Shown here piece by piece: positions 26,716-39,982 of a stretch of 64,000 nucleotides of DNA (positions are counted from its first letter, which is position 1; every line of letters begins with the position of its first letter). The notes below the pieces were generated by a model. It did not search any database, was not told the DNA's origin, and saw nothing but the letters and a program-made list of their open reading frames with translations. The position numbers and the translations under genes were made by a program. Location of the stretch: the NCBI RefSeq assembly GCF_006345805.1, contig NC_043002.1, positions 104,098,001-104,162,000 on the forward strand, written 5' to 3'. Source of the DNA: Octopus sinensis (Eukaryota).

Positions 26716-27643
26716 TTATATATACATTATATATATATAATATATCTATATATTATATATTGTGTATATATATATATATATATATTAATATATAATTATT
26801 ATATATATACATATATATTATATTACGTATGTATGTGTGTATGTATGTATGTTGTATGTATGTATATAAATGTACGCAAATGTATTTTGCGCGTCTGATT
26901 TTGAGTGTGACTGCATGCATATGTATGTTAGAATATGTGTGTGTGTGCGTGTATACACACACATATACACACATGCTTAACTCCGTATGCCTCTAGCAAA
27001 CGCTCTCCCTTAATCTATATGCATTCATACGCACGTTGAGTTACACATCCATACACACAATCACACGCACACACACACACACAGGAAGCACAGAGACATC
27101 CTTGGAAGAAAATACATCCATATCGACATATTATACAATAATTTAGGGAGACAATTGTTCAGATTAGATTTGAATAGAAACTAATATGCAGATGTGTAGC
27201 TTATGTGATGTTATATATTGAAGAATTCTTTATGACTCTCATCTTGGAACGGATCTCACGACTTCTCTTTGGGCAATAACTGTGGAAACTTATAATGACA
27301 GGCATGTATGTGTTTTGAAGCATATAATAGATAAACATAGATATATGTAGATGCATGTAAACATACACACATAGATGCGTGCGTGTGTATGAGTTAATGA
27401 ATGTAATTATATACAAAATTCCACTGTAGATATATAACTATAGATATATGTTTCCTCATACGTATTAATTAATCTCTGAAGTATGTGGTTTCTTAAAGTA
27501 TATCTATCTATAAGTCCCTTGTGATGGGAATTTTATTTTTTGTACTTTGGAAAAGAGAAGCTCTGCAATGTATTTTGTCCCAACTGTGTTCGGCCCTGTG
27601 TGGCCAATAAAGAAACTAATCTATCAATTTATCTCTCTATGTG

Positions 27644-27718
<75 letters not shown>

Positions 27719-27810
27719 GTCTGTCTGTATGTCTGTCTGTCTATCTCTCTATCTCTCTATCTCTCTATCTCTCTATCTAGCTATCTATATATCTATCTCT
27801 CTATCTCTCT

Positions 27811-27865
<55 letters not shown>

Positions 27866-27916
27866 GTCTGTCTGTCTCTCTTTCTGTCCGTCTATCTCTA
27901 TCTATCTATATATCTC

Positions 27917-27992
<76 letters not shown>

Positions 27993-28404
27993 ATCTATCT
28001 ATCTGTCTATCTATCTCTTTGTCTGTCTATCTATCTATATATATTATCTATCTGTTGATCTATCTATCTATCTATCCATATATCAAGCTATCTATTAACC
28101 TATTTCTGTGTATGTTTGTCAAGTTATAAATGTCTCTGTCTTCCTCTGACAATTGTTCGATGATGCCTTTTGCTCCAGACTGGTCTGCGGTATGATCTAT
28201 TGTCTGCATCTATAATATGGCTTCAAGTGTTGGAAGATACTGAAGCGTATGTAGCAGATGTCATAAAAAGATCACCAACTCAACACCTATGGTTTTCAAT
28301 TTTTTCCATATACACACACAAACACACACACACACACAGACGCACTATGCGCTCGCATACGCGAAGACGCACGAGCACATACACACATACATATTCTTCT
28401 ATTA

Positions 28405-28570
28405 TTTCACTTGTTTCAGTTATTTGAGTACGGCCAAACTGGAGACCGCTTTAAAAGGTTTACTGAAGCTTGAGAAATCGACCACAGGACTTATTCTTGG
28501 TAAGTCTAACATATATCCAATAATTCTCTTTTGCTGAGCCGCTAAAGTACGTGGATGTAATCACACCAAC
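28405..28570 (-). mobile_element. Decayed SINE family A tail
   Basis: TTCACTTGTTTCAGTTATTTGAGTACGGCCAAACTGGAGACCGC...GCCGCTAAAGTACGTGG. Confidence 0.6.
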
Positions 28571-28577
28571 ACCGGTT

Positions 28578-28702
28578 GTAAGAAGAAGAAGTAGAAGAAG
28601 AAGAAGAAGAAGAAGAAGAAGAAGAAGAAGAAGAAGAAGAAGAAGAAGAAGAAGAAGAAGAAGAAGAAGAAGAAGAAGAAGAAGAAGAAGAAGAAGAAGA
28701 AA
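28578..28702. repeat. (AAG)n microsatellite
   Basis: Direct reading; source of the poly-L/poly-F ORFs. Confidence 0.95.
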
Positions 28703-28759
28703 AATAAGAATCGTATATTGATATCTATACACACAAGGTGTAGGCGTGTGCTTGTGTGG

Positions 28760-29383
28760 AGGCGCAGGCGTGGCTGTGTGGTAAGAAGCTTGCTTCCCAA
28801 CCACATTGTTCCGGATTCAGTCCCACTGCATGGCAACTTCTACTATAGCCCCGGGCTAAAGAAAGCCATGTGAGAGGATTTCGTAAACGGAAACTGAAAG
28901 AAGCTCGTCGTATATATATATAAATATATATATAAACATATTGTTATATTTCGGAAAGGTCATTTTGCCAGTTTAGCCAATAAAAACACACGCACTATAT
29001 ATTTGGTGTTACTTTGCTTCAACGTTATTTATTTTTTACATTAATCTTAATCTTATTTCGGCCAAAGTTCTTTCGTCACACTCCTGACGGTTAGTAAGGA
29101 GAGACACAAATAAGAGAGAAGAAAACAAAGGACCACTGATGCGGTCACAGGAGTGTAACGAAAGAACTCTGGCCGAAATAAGATTAAGATTAATGTAAAA
29201 AATAAATAACACTGAAGCAAAGTAACACCAATATATAGTGCGTGTGTTTTTATTGGCTAAACTGGCAAAATGACCATTCCGAAATATAACAATATCTGTT
29301 TCGACACACGACTTCACGTAAAAAATCTTGCACAAAAAATATTTAAACGTATTATAATATATATATTATATAATATATATAAT

Positions 29384-29420
<37 letters not shown>

Positions 29421-29635
29421 AGATATATATATATATATATATGTAGGTATGTATGTATATGTGTGTCTCCACAACACTAACGCTTGACAATCGATGTTGG
29501 TGTGCTTAGGTCACCAAAACGTTGCGGTGGGCATAACAGACCGATAGAATAAGTACAAAGAATAAGTCCTGGGGTCGATTAGTTCGACTAAGGTGGTGCT
29601 CTAGTGAAGTACTGAAACCAGTAAAAGAATAAAAC
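28760..29635 (+). mobile_element. SINE family A interrupted in its central (TA)n by the 28938-29350 insertion
   Basis: Head at 28760-28915, tail at ~29470-29635, foreign inverted-repeat element in between. Confidence 0.75.
28938..29350 (+). mobile_element. PLE-type pLTR derivative: inverted partial copy (28938-29086) plus sense copy carrying an HHR-like motif
   Basis: Arms 28938-29086 and 29148-29295 are reverse complements with 5 substitutions and 1 indel by eye. Motif CCA-CTGATGC-G-GTCAC..GTAAC-GAAA-GAAC-TC-TGG at 29133-29172. Confidence 0.7.
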
Positions 29636-29651
29636 AATAAAAGAATACATG

Positions 29652-29691
<40 letters not shown>

Positions 29692-30714
29692 CATACATAT
29701 ATAAATATATATATGTGTATGTATGTGCGTATATATATATATACGCAAATATACATATAAATATATATGCATATACATATATATATATATATACATACAT
29801 ACGTATACACACATACACACAGGCACACACATGTATGCATATGAATATATCTATTTATATATTGTATGTATATGAATGTAGTGTGAGTATATATATACTG
29901 ATATGTATGTATATACAGGAGAATGTGTGTGCGCGTGTGAGGGAAAGCAACAGAAAGAGTGTGAGAGAGAGAGAAATGGAAATCGTGAGACTAATAATTG
30001 GAGAAAGGTTAAAGAATAGATGATAGGAAATTTGAGTATTATGTTTATGGATGCACGTTGTTGATATAAATTACACGTTGATGCTCTCTTTAAAATGTCT
30101 TATCGGCTTTATACTTTCCTTACCATGAAAGAGAAAACTAAAATAACATTTTTTTTTTCGTCTTGAACTGAAGTTAGCAATCGTAAACTATAAACAAGTA
30201 TTGTTTCATTCTCTTTTCTTTTACTTCATTCTTTCTTTCTCTATTTTCTCTTATTTTTATAATTTCATTTATCTTTTACGATTTTATGTCTTCACTTATG
30301 GTTTCATTTCTTTCTTTTTTTTTTTGGTTATATTATAGATGTCAGCATTCTCAAATAACCAATGTTGCCTGGACACTATACACATCTTTTTCTGTTGTGT
30401 CAACATACGTTAAATATTTCTTTGAGTATAACAAACAACAAAAAGAGCAGTAGCAGAAAACAACAACAACAACAACAACAACAATAACAACGACTGCAAC
30501 AACAATACCAACACCGGTAATCACTACAGCTGCAGCAGCAGTAACTGCAACAACAATTTCAAGAGCATCATGAGGAAGACATACTATCTTCTATGTATTT
30601 GAAAGCCATAATAGAAGACACCTGAGAAAAATGTCCAATGATTTAATAACAGCAGAAAACTCAAAGCGAAACCAACACTTCATAATAATAATAATAATAA
30701 CAACAACAACAACA

Positions 30715-30779
<65 letters not shown>

Positions 30780-30891
30780 TAATAATAAGGAAGAAGAAGA
30801 AGAAGAAGAAGAAGAAGAAGAAGAAGAAGAAGAAGAAGAAGAAGAAGAAGAAGAAGAAGAAGAAGAAGAAGAAGAAGAAGAAGAAGAAGAA

Positions 30892-31297
30892 GATAGAGAA
30901 TAGGAAGCCAGACAGTCTTAATTGGGAAAGAAAGCAGCTTATGTTGGATCATAGACATAGCATGCCCAGCTGACAACAAGGTATGCGATAAGGAAGAAAG
31001 AAAAGTCGAGAGATATGACAGGTTAGCTTGGGAAGTTAAGCAGTTGTGATCAATGTAAAAGGTGGTAGTAGTAACAATAATTGTCGGAGCCCTGCGAGCA
31101 GTAAGCAAAAATCTGAGAAATACGTGGAACGAATAGGGGCTCCAATAAGGGTGGAGCACTTGCAGAAAATATCACTGCTTGGAACCGCTCGCATGCTCCG
31201 GATGGTGCTAAAAAAATAAGAAGTGTTACCTTAGTTCACTGGTAGTGAACAACTGACACCGTAGTACATCTCCAGCATTAGAAGCTGTGCACAGGAA
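30892..31297 (+). pseudogene. R4/Dong-clade (REL endonuclease) LINE 3' fragment
   Basis: Frameshift-corrected translation IENRKPD..IGKESSLCWIIDIACPADNKVCDKEERKVERYDRLAWEVKQL..KVVVVTIIVGAL..KNLEKYVERIGAPIRVEHLQKISLLGTARMLRMVL; PD..D motif; 3' UTR ends in (AAT)n; (AAT)n(GAA)n upstream. Confidence 0.8.
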
Positions 31298-32117
31298 ATA
31301 ATAATAATAATGATAGTAGTCATTATAATAATAATAATAATAAGAAGAAGAAGATGATGATGATGATGATGATGATGGTGAAGAAGAAGAAGATAGAGGA
31401 GGAGGAGGAAGAGGAGGGGAATCAAAATCAAAAGAATTATATTAAAAACAATAAAAGCATCATCATCAACAAGAAAATTTAAAACAAAAACGAGATAAAA
31501 ACAAATTAAACAAAATCTTAAATACTATCGCTAGTCATAAGGTAAAAAAAAAAGCACGTAATAATGGTTGCATATTTGACGAAGTAAGATTCCTAATTAA
31601 TTCAAGAGTCACCATGATATGTGGTAGGAATATTTCCAAGTAATCGTAATTTGCGAAGAAATGAGTAATGAATATATTATGGACAATAGTAGCTTTTCTA
31701 CTGATAATAGATAAAATGAAACCAAATACTAATTTCAAAGCGTATAATTACATTTAATTAGCAAGAACTCTTTTAGAAATACAGCTTCGGTTCCAATAAG
31801 TGATGTATAATTATAGCTGTGGAATTCAGTGAAATTAAAACAACGTAAATACATTGAGAGAAATTGTATTAATAGAGTACAGTACTTTTACTTATTATTT
31901 ATCTATTAAATGGTAACTATCGACCATACACATATACACACATATACACAATTACACATGGTGTCTAACTGTCTTTCTATCTATCTAACTATCTATAAAT
32001 ATGTGCATATACATACATGCATATGTATGCATGTATATACAAATATTTATACAGTTGAATATGTAAGGAGCACACACATATATATATATTTATATCCATA
32101 CTCACGCACACGCACAG

Positions 32118-32156
<39 letters not shown>

Positions 32157-32229
32157 CATACATATATGTAAATGTGTATATATGCCTCAGAAAACTATTA
32201 GTTCTCAATTTCTGGTATATACACATATA

Positions 32230-32299
<70 letters not shown>

Positions 32300-32378
32300 G
32301 CAAGGGAGAGATAGAGAGGGACGGACGATAGCGAAAGAGACTTTGATAGATAGGTTGATAAAATATAGACAGACATAC

Positions 32379-32516
<138 letters not shown>

Positions 32517-33099
32517 GAATGTAAATGTTCCTGAAAAAAATACTTATAATTGGGCAGAAGTAATTAGATGCATATCCATGAAGCATAGAACATTGTTTAA
32601 AGTGAAGTGCTAATATCTCAATGATAAACACAGATAGTCTTCAGCAAGCGTAATTTTTCAATCCATACAACGCCATACATCCGTAAAATTCTTAATAGAT
32701 ATTAGATCTTAAGACGCATAATTAACCAACACATTTCAAATGATTTTAGACCTAGATATGATCATGTGCTTTGGTAGCTCACACCACATAGCATGAGATA
32801 TTATAATCGATTCTATAGTAGAGCACGTTGGCCAATTACGTACTATGTTAGTATTCTGTCTACCCGCAGTTTGTGAGAACACTTTGCGAGTGTAAACGAG
32901 TTATACATACATACATACATACATACACACATACATATATGCATATATATATATATATACCTGTGTGTGTGTTTGTGTGTACATACACATATACATATAT
33001 ATATATATCTATATATATATATAATATATATATATATACATACACACACTCACACACAGACACACACACACACACGTTAATATATATACATAACATATC

Positions 33100-34260
33100 G
33101 AACAACAGGGAATGTTTTATTAATCTGAACAGACTAAAATTCAAAACGAGTATTTCTACTTCACTCATAAGGGAATTTTTATACGCTGACGATTGCGATG
33201 TAGTCAGTCGTTCTGAAACACGTCTGTAATCTCTTGTATCTGCATTTGACTAAGCTTGTGTTGTAATGTATCAACCTGTACGTGATGCAGTTTGCAACCC
33301 CACTAAAGTTTTGGTTAATGGTAAGTTATTTAATGTTGTAAATTCTTTCATCTATTTTGGAAGCTCTGTAGAAAATGAGAGAAATCTGGACAGAAACACA
33401 TTTGCGAATTTAAAAGGCAGCACAAGCATTTGGTGGTTTGGAGCCATGCGTTTGGCATCAACGACATACAAATAACAATAGAAAATCGGCTCTTTACAAA
33501 TCATTTGTCTTACCATCCCTGTTGTTTTCTTCTGGAACGTGGGCATGTTATAAAAGACATTTCAAATTGTTAGAACAATTCCACCAAAAATGCCTCATCG
33601 CATTTTAAGCATTAAATGGAGTTCTTTTACTCCAAACACTGATGTCCTTACGTCTGCAGACATTACCTCAATTAAAGCTATGATTCTGGAAAACCAAAGA
33701 AGATGGTTTATCCATATTGTTCGAATGGCAGATGAACGCACACCCGAACAACAGTTTCATGGAGAGCTTGCAGAGGGGAAATGCTATCGGTGTAAACCTC
33801 AAAAGGGTTTTAAAGACGAAATAAGGACTACCATGAAGTCACTTGGAATGGATGCAGAGGACATACAAACCCTTGCTTCAGATCGATCTGGATGGCGAAC
33901 AAAAGTGTGAAGTGGAGTAAAAGCGTTTGAAGAGGCCAGTAAAATCCATGCAAGACTCAAAGGGAGATTTAAAGAAGGACATTACGATCGAGATGAATCA
34001 CAATGACCTTTGTGTGTGCACAGTTTGTGACGGATCATGCCTTTATTTTACAGGGCTCAAATCTCATTTGCAGACCCATAGAAAAGCGAAACTCCACCAA
34101 CAATTTTGCCTATATCTCTGTACACTCCTTTCAATACCATGTATGTTATAACGTCTGCAAATGTAGCGGAGGCCTCAAAAGGCGTTTTAAGATCCACAAA
34201 GTTCAGAATTTAACTGCAACTCTTAGTGGTCCAAATCGGATTTAAAATCTATGTGGGTGT
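33100..34260 (+). pseudogene. RTE-clade LINE ORF2 relic (RT C-terminal half, thumb and C2H2-like fingers), frameshifted
   Basis: IREFLYADDC (YADD at 33182-33193), NSFIYFGS, HRILSIKWSSFTPNTDVL..RRWFIHIVRMADERTPEQQFHGELAEG..LASDRSGWR, and CTVCDGSC..GLKSHLQTH. Confidence 0.85.
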
Positions 34261-34474
34261 CTTTTCAAAAGAGCCACATCAGACGCCATGTGAGGTACAA
34301 AATTAATGGCTAACCACTTAATGAGATCAAAGTGAGGATCATTAAATGGTTAAAACCTTGTTGCAAGTTCAACTTCCTACCATCAAAAATGTCTTCCTTG
34401 CTACACATTGCTTATATATTCATACGTAATTTATCTAAAATTGAAATATTCAATGGGCCTTTATCTTTGATTGA

Positions 34475-34574
34475 NNNNNNNNNNNNNNNNNNNNNNNNNN
34501 NNNNNNNNNNNNNNNNNNNNNNNNNNNNNNNNNNNNNNNNNNNNNNNNNNNNNNNNNNNNNNNNNNNNNNNNNN
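34475..34574. other. Assembly gap (100 N)
   Basis: Direct reading; adjacency across it is unproven. Confidence 0.99.
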
Positions 34575-34969
34575 TGAGGTTTCGGGTTATGTCGGTGGTG
34601 GTGGCGGCGGTGCTGGCATGCACGGGATGCTGGTGAAGATCGGGAGCATTATGTTTGTGAGTCTAAGTGGTGATACTGGAGATGACGATGATGTTCATAG
34701 TCTTTGCGATGGTGATTTTGTTGGTGATGTTGATGATGATGATGGCGGGGTGTGTTTTAGATGGAGACGTTGTTGGTTTTAGTATGTACGGTGACGTTCG
34801 TAACATTGGTATCGATGTGTGGCGTTCAAGCTAAGCTAGGTGATGGCGATGGTGTTGTTGGCGATACAGATATTCCAGCTGATGGTGGAGTTGGTTGAGG
34901 AAGTTTACCGTCGTTCTTCATGCTGTTATTGTTGTTCGTGTTGTTGCGAGTATTAGTAATAATGATGAA

Positions 34970-35567
34970 AAGGCGGCGGGCTGGCAGAATCGTTAGCACG
35001 CCGGGCGAAATGCGTAGCCGTATTTCGTCTGCTGCTACGTTCTGAGTTCAAATTCAGCCGAGGTCCGACTTTGCCTTTCATCCTTTCGGGGTCGATTAAA
35101 TAAGTACCAGTTTCGCACTGGGGTCGATGTAATCGACTTAATCCGTGCGACTGTCCTTGTTTGTCCTCTCTGTGTTTAGCCCCTTGTGGGTAATAAAGAA
35201 ATACGTATTTCGTCTGCTGCCACGTTCTGAGTTCAAATTCCGCCGAGGTCGACTATGCCTTTCATCCTGTCGGGGTCGATTAACTAAGTACCAGTTACGC
35301 ACTGGGGTCGATGTAATCGACTTAATGCCTATGTCTGTCCTTGTTTGTTCCCTCTGTGTTTAGCCCCTTGTGGGTAATAAAGAAATACGTATTTCGTCTG
35401 CTGCTACGTTCTGAGTTCAAATTCCGCCGAGGTCCGACTTTGCCTTTCATCCTTTCGGGGTCGATGAAATAAGTACCAGTTTCGCACTGGCGTCGATGTA
35501 ATCGACTTAATCCGTGTGACTGTCCTTGGTTGTCCCCTCTGTGTTTACCTCCTTGTGTGTAGAAATA
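34970..35567 (+). mobile_element. tRNA-derived SINE family D with its ~185-bp body triplicated in tandem
   Basis: Single head AGGCGGCGGGCTGGCAGAATCGTTAG; unit CGTATTTCGTCTGCTGC starts at 35019, 35204 and 35388. Confidence 0.9.
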
Positions 35568-36454
35568 ATTATATTGGTATTAATGATGATATTGCTGGTG
35601 TTCATGTTGTTGGAGATACTAATGTTTTAGGTTCAGTTGTTGTCAGGGGTTTCTTGGAGAAGGCGAATGCGCAGGCGATGGCCTCATTGCTGATAATATT
35701 GTCGGTGAAACCTTCATTACTCGTGTTGTTGTTTTCGGCGTTTTTTTTCTTTTTTTTCTGTCTTTTCACGTTTTATTGTTGTTGAAGTTGATGTTAGTGT
35801 TTTTACCGTTGCCGTTGCTGCTGCTGCTGTTTCCTGTGGTAGTGTTACCGTTGTTAGCTTTAGTGTTGCCAGTTATGATATAGTTTATAATCAATAGGTA
35901 TTCCTCCATTGCGCCCCCCCCACCTCTCCACCTTCACCATGATTCATTCTACCCACCACCATTCTTCCTGCTCCTTGCCCACCCACGCACCCCGCTACTA
36001 ACGTTTCAATAGAAAAGTGTAAATCTCTCTGACTCTATGCTATTGTTGACGAGATTTATTAAAATTTTGTAATATCAATTTTATCATTGTGCTAAGCGAC
36101 ATTGTATTCTATTGCCGAGTTAACACGTAGATATTGGAATCTATAGAATTGGCTAATGGTGCGATGAACGACTGATATATCAAGTAATGTATAAATAAGT
36201 GTGTTTGTATGTGTGTGTGTATGTGTGTGTGTGTGTGCGTGTGTGTGTGTGTGTGTGTGTGCCAATGTGAACATGAGTATCTGTTGTGCGCGTGCGTGGA
36301 AAGTATAAATATATATCTATCGTCATATATATTTATTAAAAAAATCACGCACAGAGAAATACATGTACAAACACACAAGCACACACACGGACATATATAT
36401 GTTTTTATCATGAATGTATATATATATATATGTATATATATATACATATATATA

Positions 36455-36492
<38 letters not shown>

Positions 36493-36568
36493 TCATTCAA
36501 AAATATATATATATATATATTATATATATATATGTGTGTGTGTGTATGTGTGTTTGTATGTATGTATG

Positions 36569-36612
<44 letters not shown>

Positions 36613-37121
36613 TTATTCCCTAGTATTGTGCTATCTACAGATTTGCAAGATGTATTATGCATTAATGGAAGCCAGATCGAGTTGCAGGGCCAACAGAAAA
36701 CAAAAGCCGTTTGAATTATCATTCATTTATCTCTGCTTTAAATGCATTAATAAAAATATTAACATTGTTATCCATATATCCATGTATTCTTTTCTCATTT
36801 GACCTTTTGTCATTCCAATTTATCTAAGCTTCAATTGCTGCTGTCACGCTTTTCGAGTCTTTGAGACGAAATATTAAAAGGCAACAGACAATTTTCAATG
36901 GTCGATCACGATATACTTCTAATGTGGACGATTTTATGGCATCCACAAAACGGAGTTCATCAGAATAAGTATTTTGTGTAATGATCTCCTAATTATAATA
37001 CAGTCGAAATATCACCGTTTCAAATTGAATAGTCGACCAAATATCAGTTAGATCTCTATTATGTTGAAGCATCCTCATTTTAACATCCATGCGAGATCAA
37101 TTTATGAAGAATGTTGCCATT

Positions 37122-37256
37122 CATATATTATTTATATTATTTACATTTGACGTATATTTGTCCTCATCATTTCAGCTTATATACCCTCCAGACTTCATCA
37201 GTTGTCTTGGGGATATTTCGAACATGGGTTCTCATTCCTAATGTATTTTCGAAGTT
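37122..37256 (-). mobile_element. HHR-bearing short element, left copy of an inverted pair
   Basis: Minus strand TTAGGAATGAGAACCCATGTTCGAAATATCCCCAAGACAA-CTGATGA-AGTCTGGAGGGTATATAAGCT-GAAA; homologous to 38633-38817. Confidence 0.75.
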
Positions 37257-37288
37257 GTTGTTGTTGTTGTTATTATTATTATTATTAA

Positions 37289-37376
<88 letters not shown>

Positions 37377-37377
<1 letters not shown>

Positions 37378-38520
37378 TATATTTGAATTTTGCTTTATGT
37401 TTGTACAAGTTGGCTTTAAATCTCACCCAGAGACCTCAAGAGACAACAGGTTGGACGTTCACGTTGTTGTTATGCCTAGAGTGCCATATATTTGTTTCTT
37501 TTTCTGGTGTTGTACTAGTGAATGTCTAATAAATAAATTTTAAAAAAAGTTTGTTTTAAACCTTGGGATTACATAGAGAGTATTTTGCGTAGGATATGAG
37601 CAGTTCCGATGAGCGCTATCTTTTGAATTTCTGCCATTTTGGGGTTTCCTGGTATTTGAGTTAGGTAGCAATCAGCCCCATTCGCTATCATTCCCAGGGC
37701 ACCTATGACAACATGTATTGTTTTAGTCTTCAGGTTCCACATTTTGCTGATTTCTATTTCAAGATCTTTATATTTGCTCAGATTTTGGTATGTCTTGACA
37801 GATACGTTTATGTCGTTTGGGACAGTCATATCAATGAGGAGGCAAGTTCTTCGTCTGAAGTCTTTCAATATGATGTCTGGCCTATTTGCATCTATCTTTC
37901 TGTCAGTTTGAATGGTGAAGTTCCAGAGGAGTGATATATGGTCATTTTCAAGCACTGGAGGTGGATTGTATTCCCAACAGTTTTTTTCATGGGGCAAATC
38001 CAGGTTTTTGCAAATTACCCAGTGAATATATTGTGCAGCTCTATCATGCTTGTTGAGGTACTCTGTAGGCGCTAGAAGACTGCACTTGGAGACAACATGA
38101 TCAATGGTTTCATTTTGTTGTCGACATACACGAAATGTTGGGCTACTGCCGTTCTTTAATATGTTGGCCTGGTAGTTTCTTGTTGGTAGGCATTGATCTT
38201 GAGCTGCTATGATAAACCCTTCTGTTTCAGATTTTAAGCCAGAGGCCATTAGTCATGGATGGGTCAGGGCTTTGTCAATATCTGCATTATTCGCTCTCTT
38301 TGGGTATTTGCCATAGAGAGGTTTTTCCTGCCCTTTATTATTCAGAATATCTAAGGCCGCAGTTTTGGCACGGGTTTTCATGCGCTTAGTTTTTTCTGGG
38401 CTTGTTTCTTGTATGTCTATCTCTAATTGTTGTATTCTAATTGTTGTATTCGGAATTCACTTAGATATTCCTTTGCTGGTTTTGTTACTGAGTATTATTA
38501 TTATTGTTGTTGGGTCTGTG
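37377..38520 (-). pseudogene. R4/Dong-clade LINE 3' portion: zinc knuckle plus REL endonuclease and 3' UTR
   Basis: ORF 37569-38249: GLKSETEGFIIAAQDQ, (F)RVC..ETIDHVVSKC knuckle (first Cys lost), RPDII..LLIDMTVP nuclease motif, GTAHILRKIL terminus. Frame continues upstream past a stop (KPLYGKY). 3' end runs into (TAA)n. Confidence 0.92.
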
Positions 38521-38553
38521 AATAATAATATAATAATAATAATAATAATAATA

Positions 38554-38623
<70 letters not shown>

Positions 38624-38632
38624 AAGAAAAGT

Positions 38633-38817
38633 AACATCTAAAAATGCTTTAGGAATGAGAACGCAGGCTCGAAATTTCCCCAATATACCTGAAGCATGCC
38701 GGAAAGTATATTAGCCGAAACGTTGTGTTAACAACAAACAAGATGGGGACAAATACCCGCCAAATGTAAATAATGTAAATAATGTACATCATTCCTCATA
38801 TCTTAAATAGAGAACTG
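38633..38817 (+). mobile_element. HHR-bearing short element, right copy of an inverted pair (core decayed)
   Basis: TTAGGAATGAGAACGCAGGCTCGAAATTTCCCCAATATAC-CTGAAGC-ATGCCGGAAAGTATATTAGCC-GAAACGTT-GTGTT. Confidence 0.75.
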
Positions 38818-39982
38818 TGTTGCCTTTTTATGATGGTCAACTTGAATTTATGGACAATTTAGCATGATAGGTCCTCATTTTTGTTATAATATATGTGTGT
38901 GGTAAGTGAAATCCAAGGGCAGCAGCACTAGCAACAATAAGGTTAGGTTAAACGTGTCCGTAATGTCTATCAATGTGATATTTGCGTCCCTTACGAAAAG
39001 CCTGCTGTACCTAACATACCACATGTTATATTAAGGGCTATTACGCACCCTAACACAAGTCAAATACCACTAAAATACAATCTTGTTATTGGCCTTGACA
39101 TAAATTATCGGCATACTAATGCTAGGACGTGACAGAGATTCCAGGGGCGGCATAGCGGAGTAGATAAAGACATTGCTTAATTCAGAGCAGTTATCTCGAG
39201 GGCCTGAGTTCAATCTCAGACAAGGCATTCGGGTAATTTACAAAGAAAACTAATCAACTAAAGTAAAATATGCCACGAAACGCGAAGAATGAAATGAGAA
39301 AGGGTACCCTCGTAAATAAAAATAGAGCATTAGGTCCGAAATTCCGGTACGAGAAACGAGTTAAACACGAAATCCTTGAAGAAATCTGGAGCGTAGAACG
39401 GGTCGAACGTCGTGGTAGTAACATTCAAGTTGTGGACATCAGCCCGACCAATATATACAGTATGGAAAATAGAATTGCAAAAAAAATTATTGGTTGATAT
39501 CGCACGAAGAACCAATGATATGCTTAAGACATCGTTTAAATTGACAATTCTTTCACTTCCGCAGTCAATTATAATCTTGATCCAAATTTTAAATATGTTA
39601 CAAACCAATGTACTCCCGTATGGTCCTTTAATTAATGGAAATTGTTTGGGTTTCTTGCTGACAAAATATATTTATTACTTTGAAAGCAAACATGAAAACG
39701 GACAATCGTCAACAATAAGAAGACTTTGAATGGAAAATGAAGTAAAAGATACAATGTTGATTGAAAAGCAGATGGAGTGTTCACGGATGAAGATATGTTG
39801 ATGATATTGTCACATAGAGTTTAGCATTATATATAAGTGTTATATGTGTGTGTGTGTTCGTGTCTGGTGGGGATGCGCGCGTGTGTAGAAAGTAGGAAAT
39901 CAACAAGGGACGCATTTAAATGAGTACCAATCACCATTTCTTCAATTCATACAACACGTATCTTTTATTGTGCATGTTTTGT

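Noticed and set aside
34300-34960. Continuity between the RTE relic and the GAT/GGT-rich tract
   Set aside because: Separated by a 100-N scaffold gap; adjacency and the ORFs spanning it are not real evidence.
39143-39228. tRNA-like sequence (A/B-box-like motifs, CTGAG/CTCAG arm)
   Set aside because: Cannot fold a full cloverleaf; more likely a decayed SINE head. The heads of SINE families A-D are likewise not called as tRNA genes.
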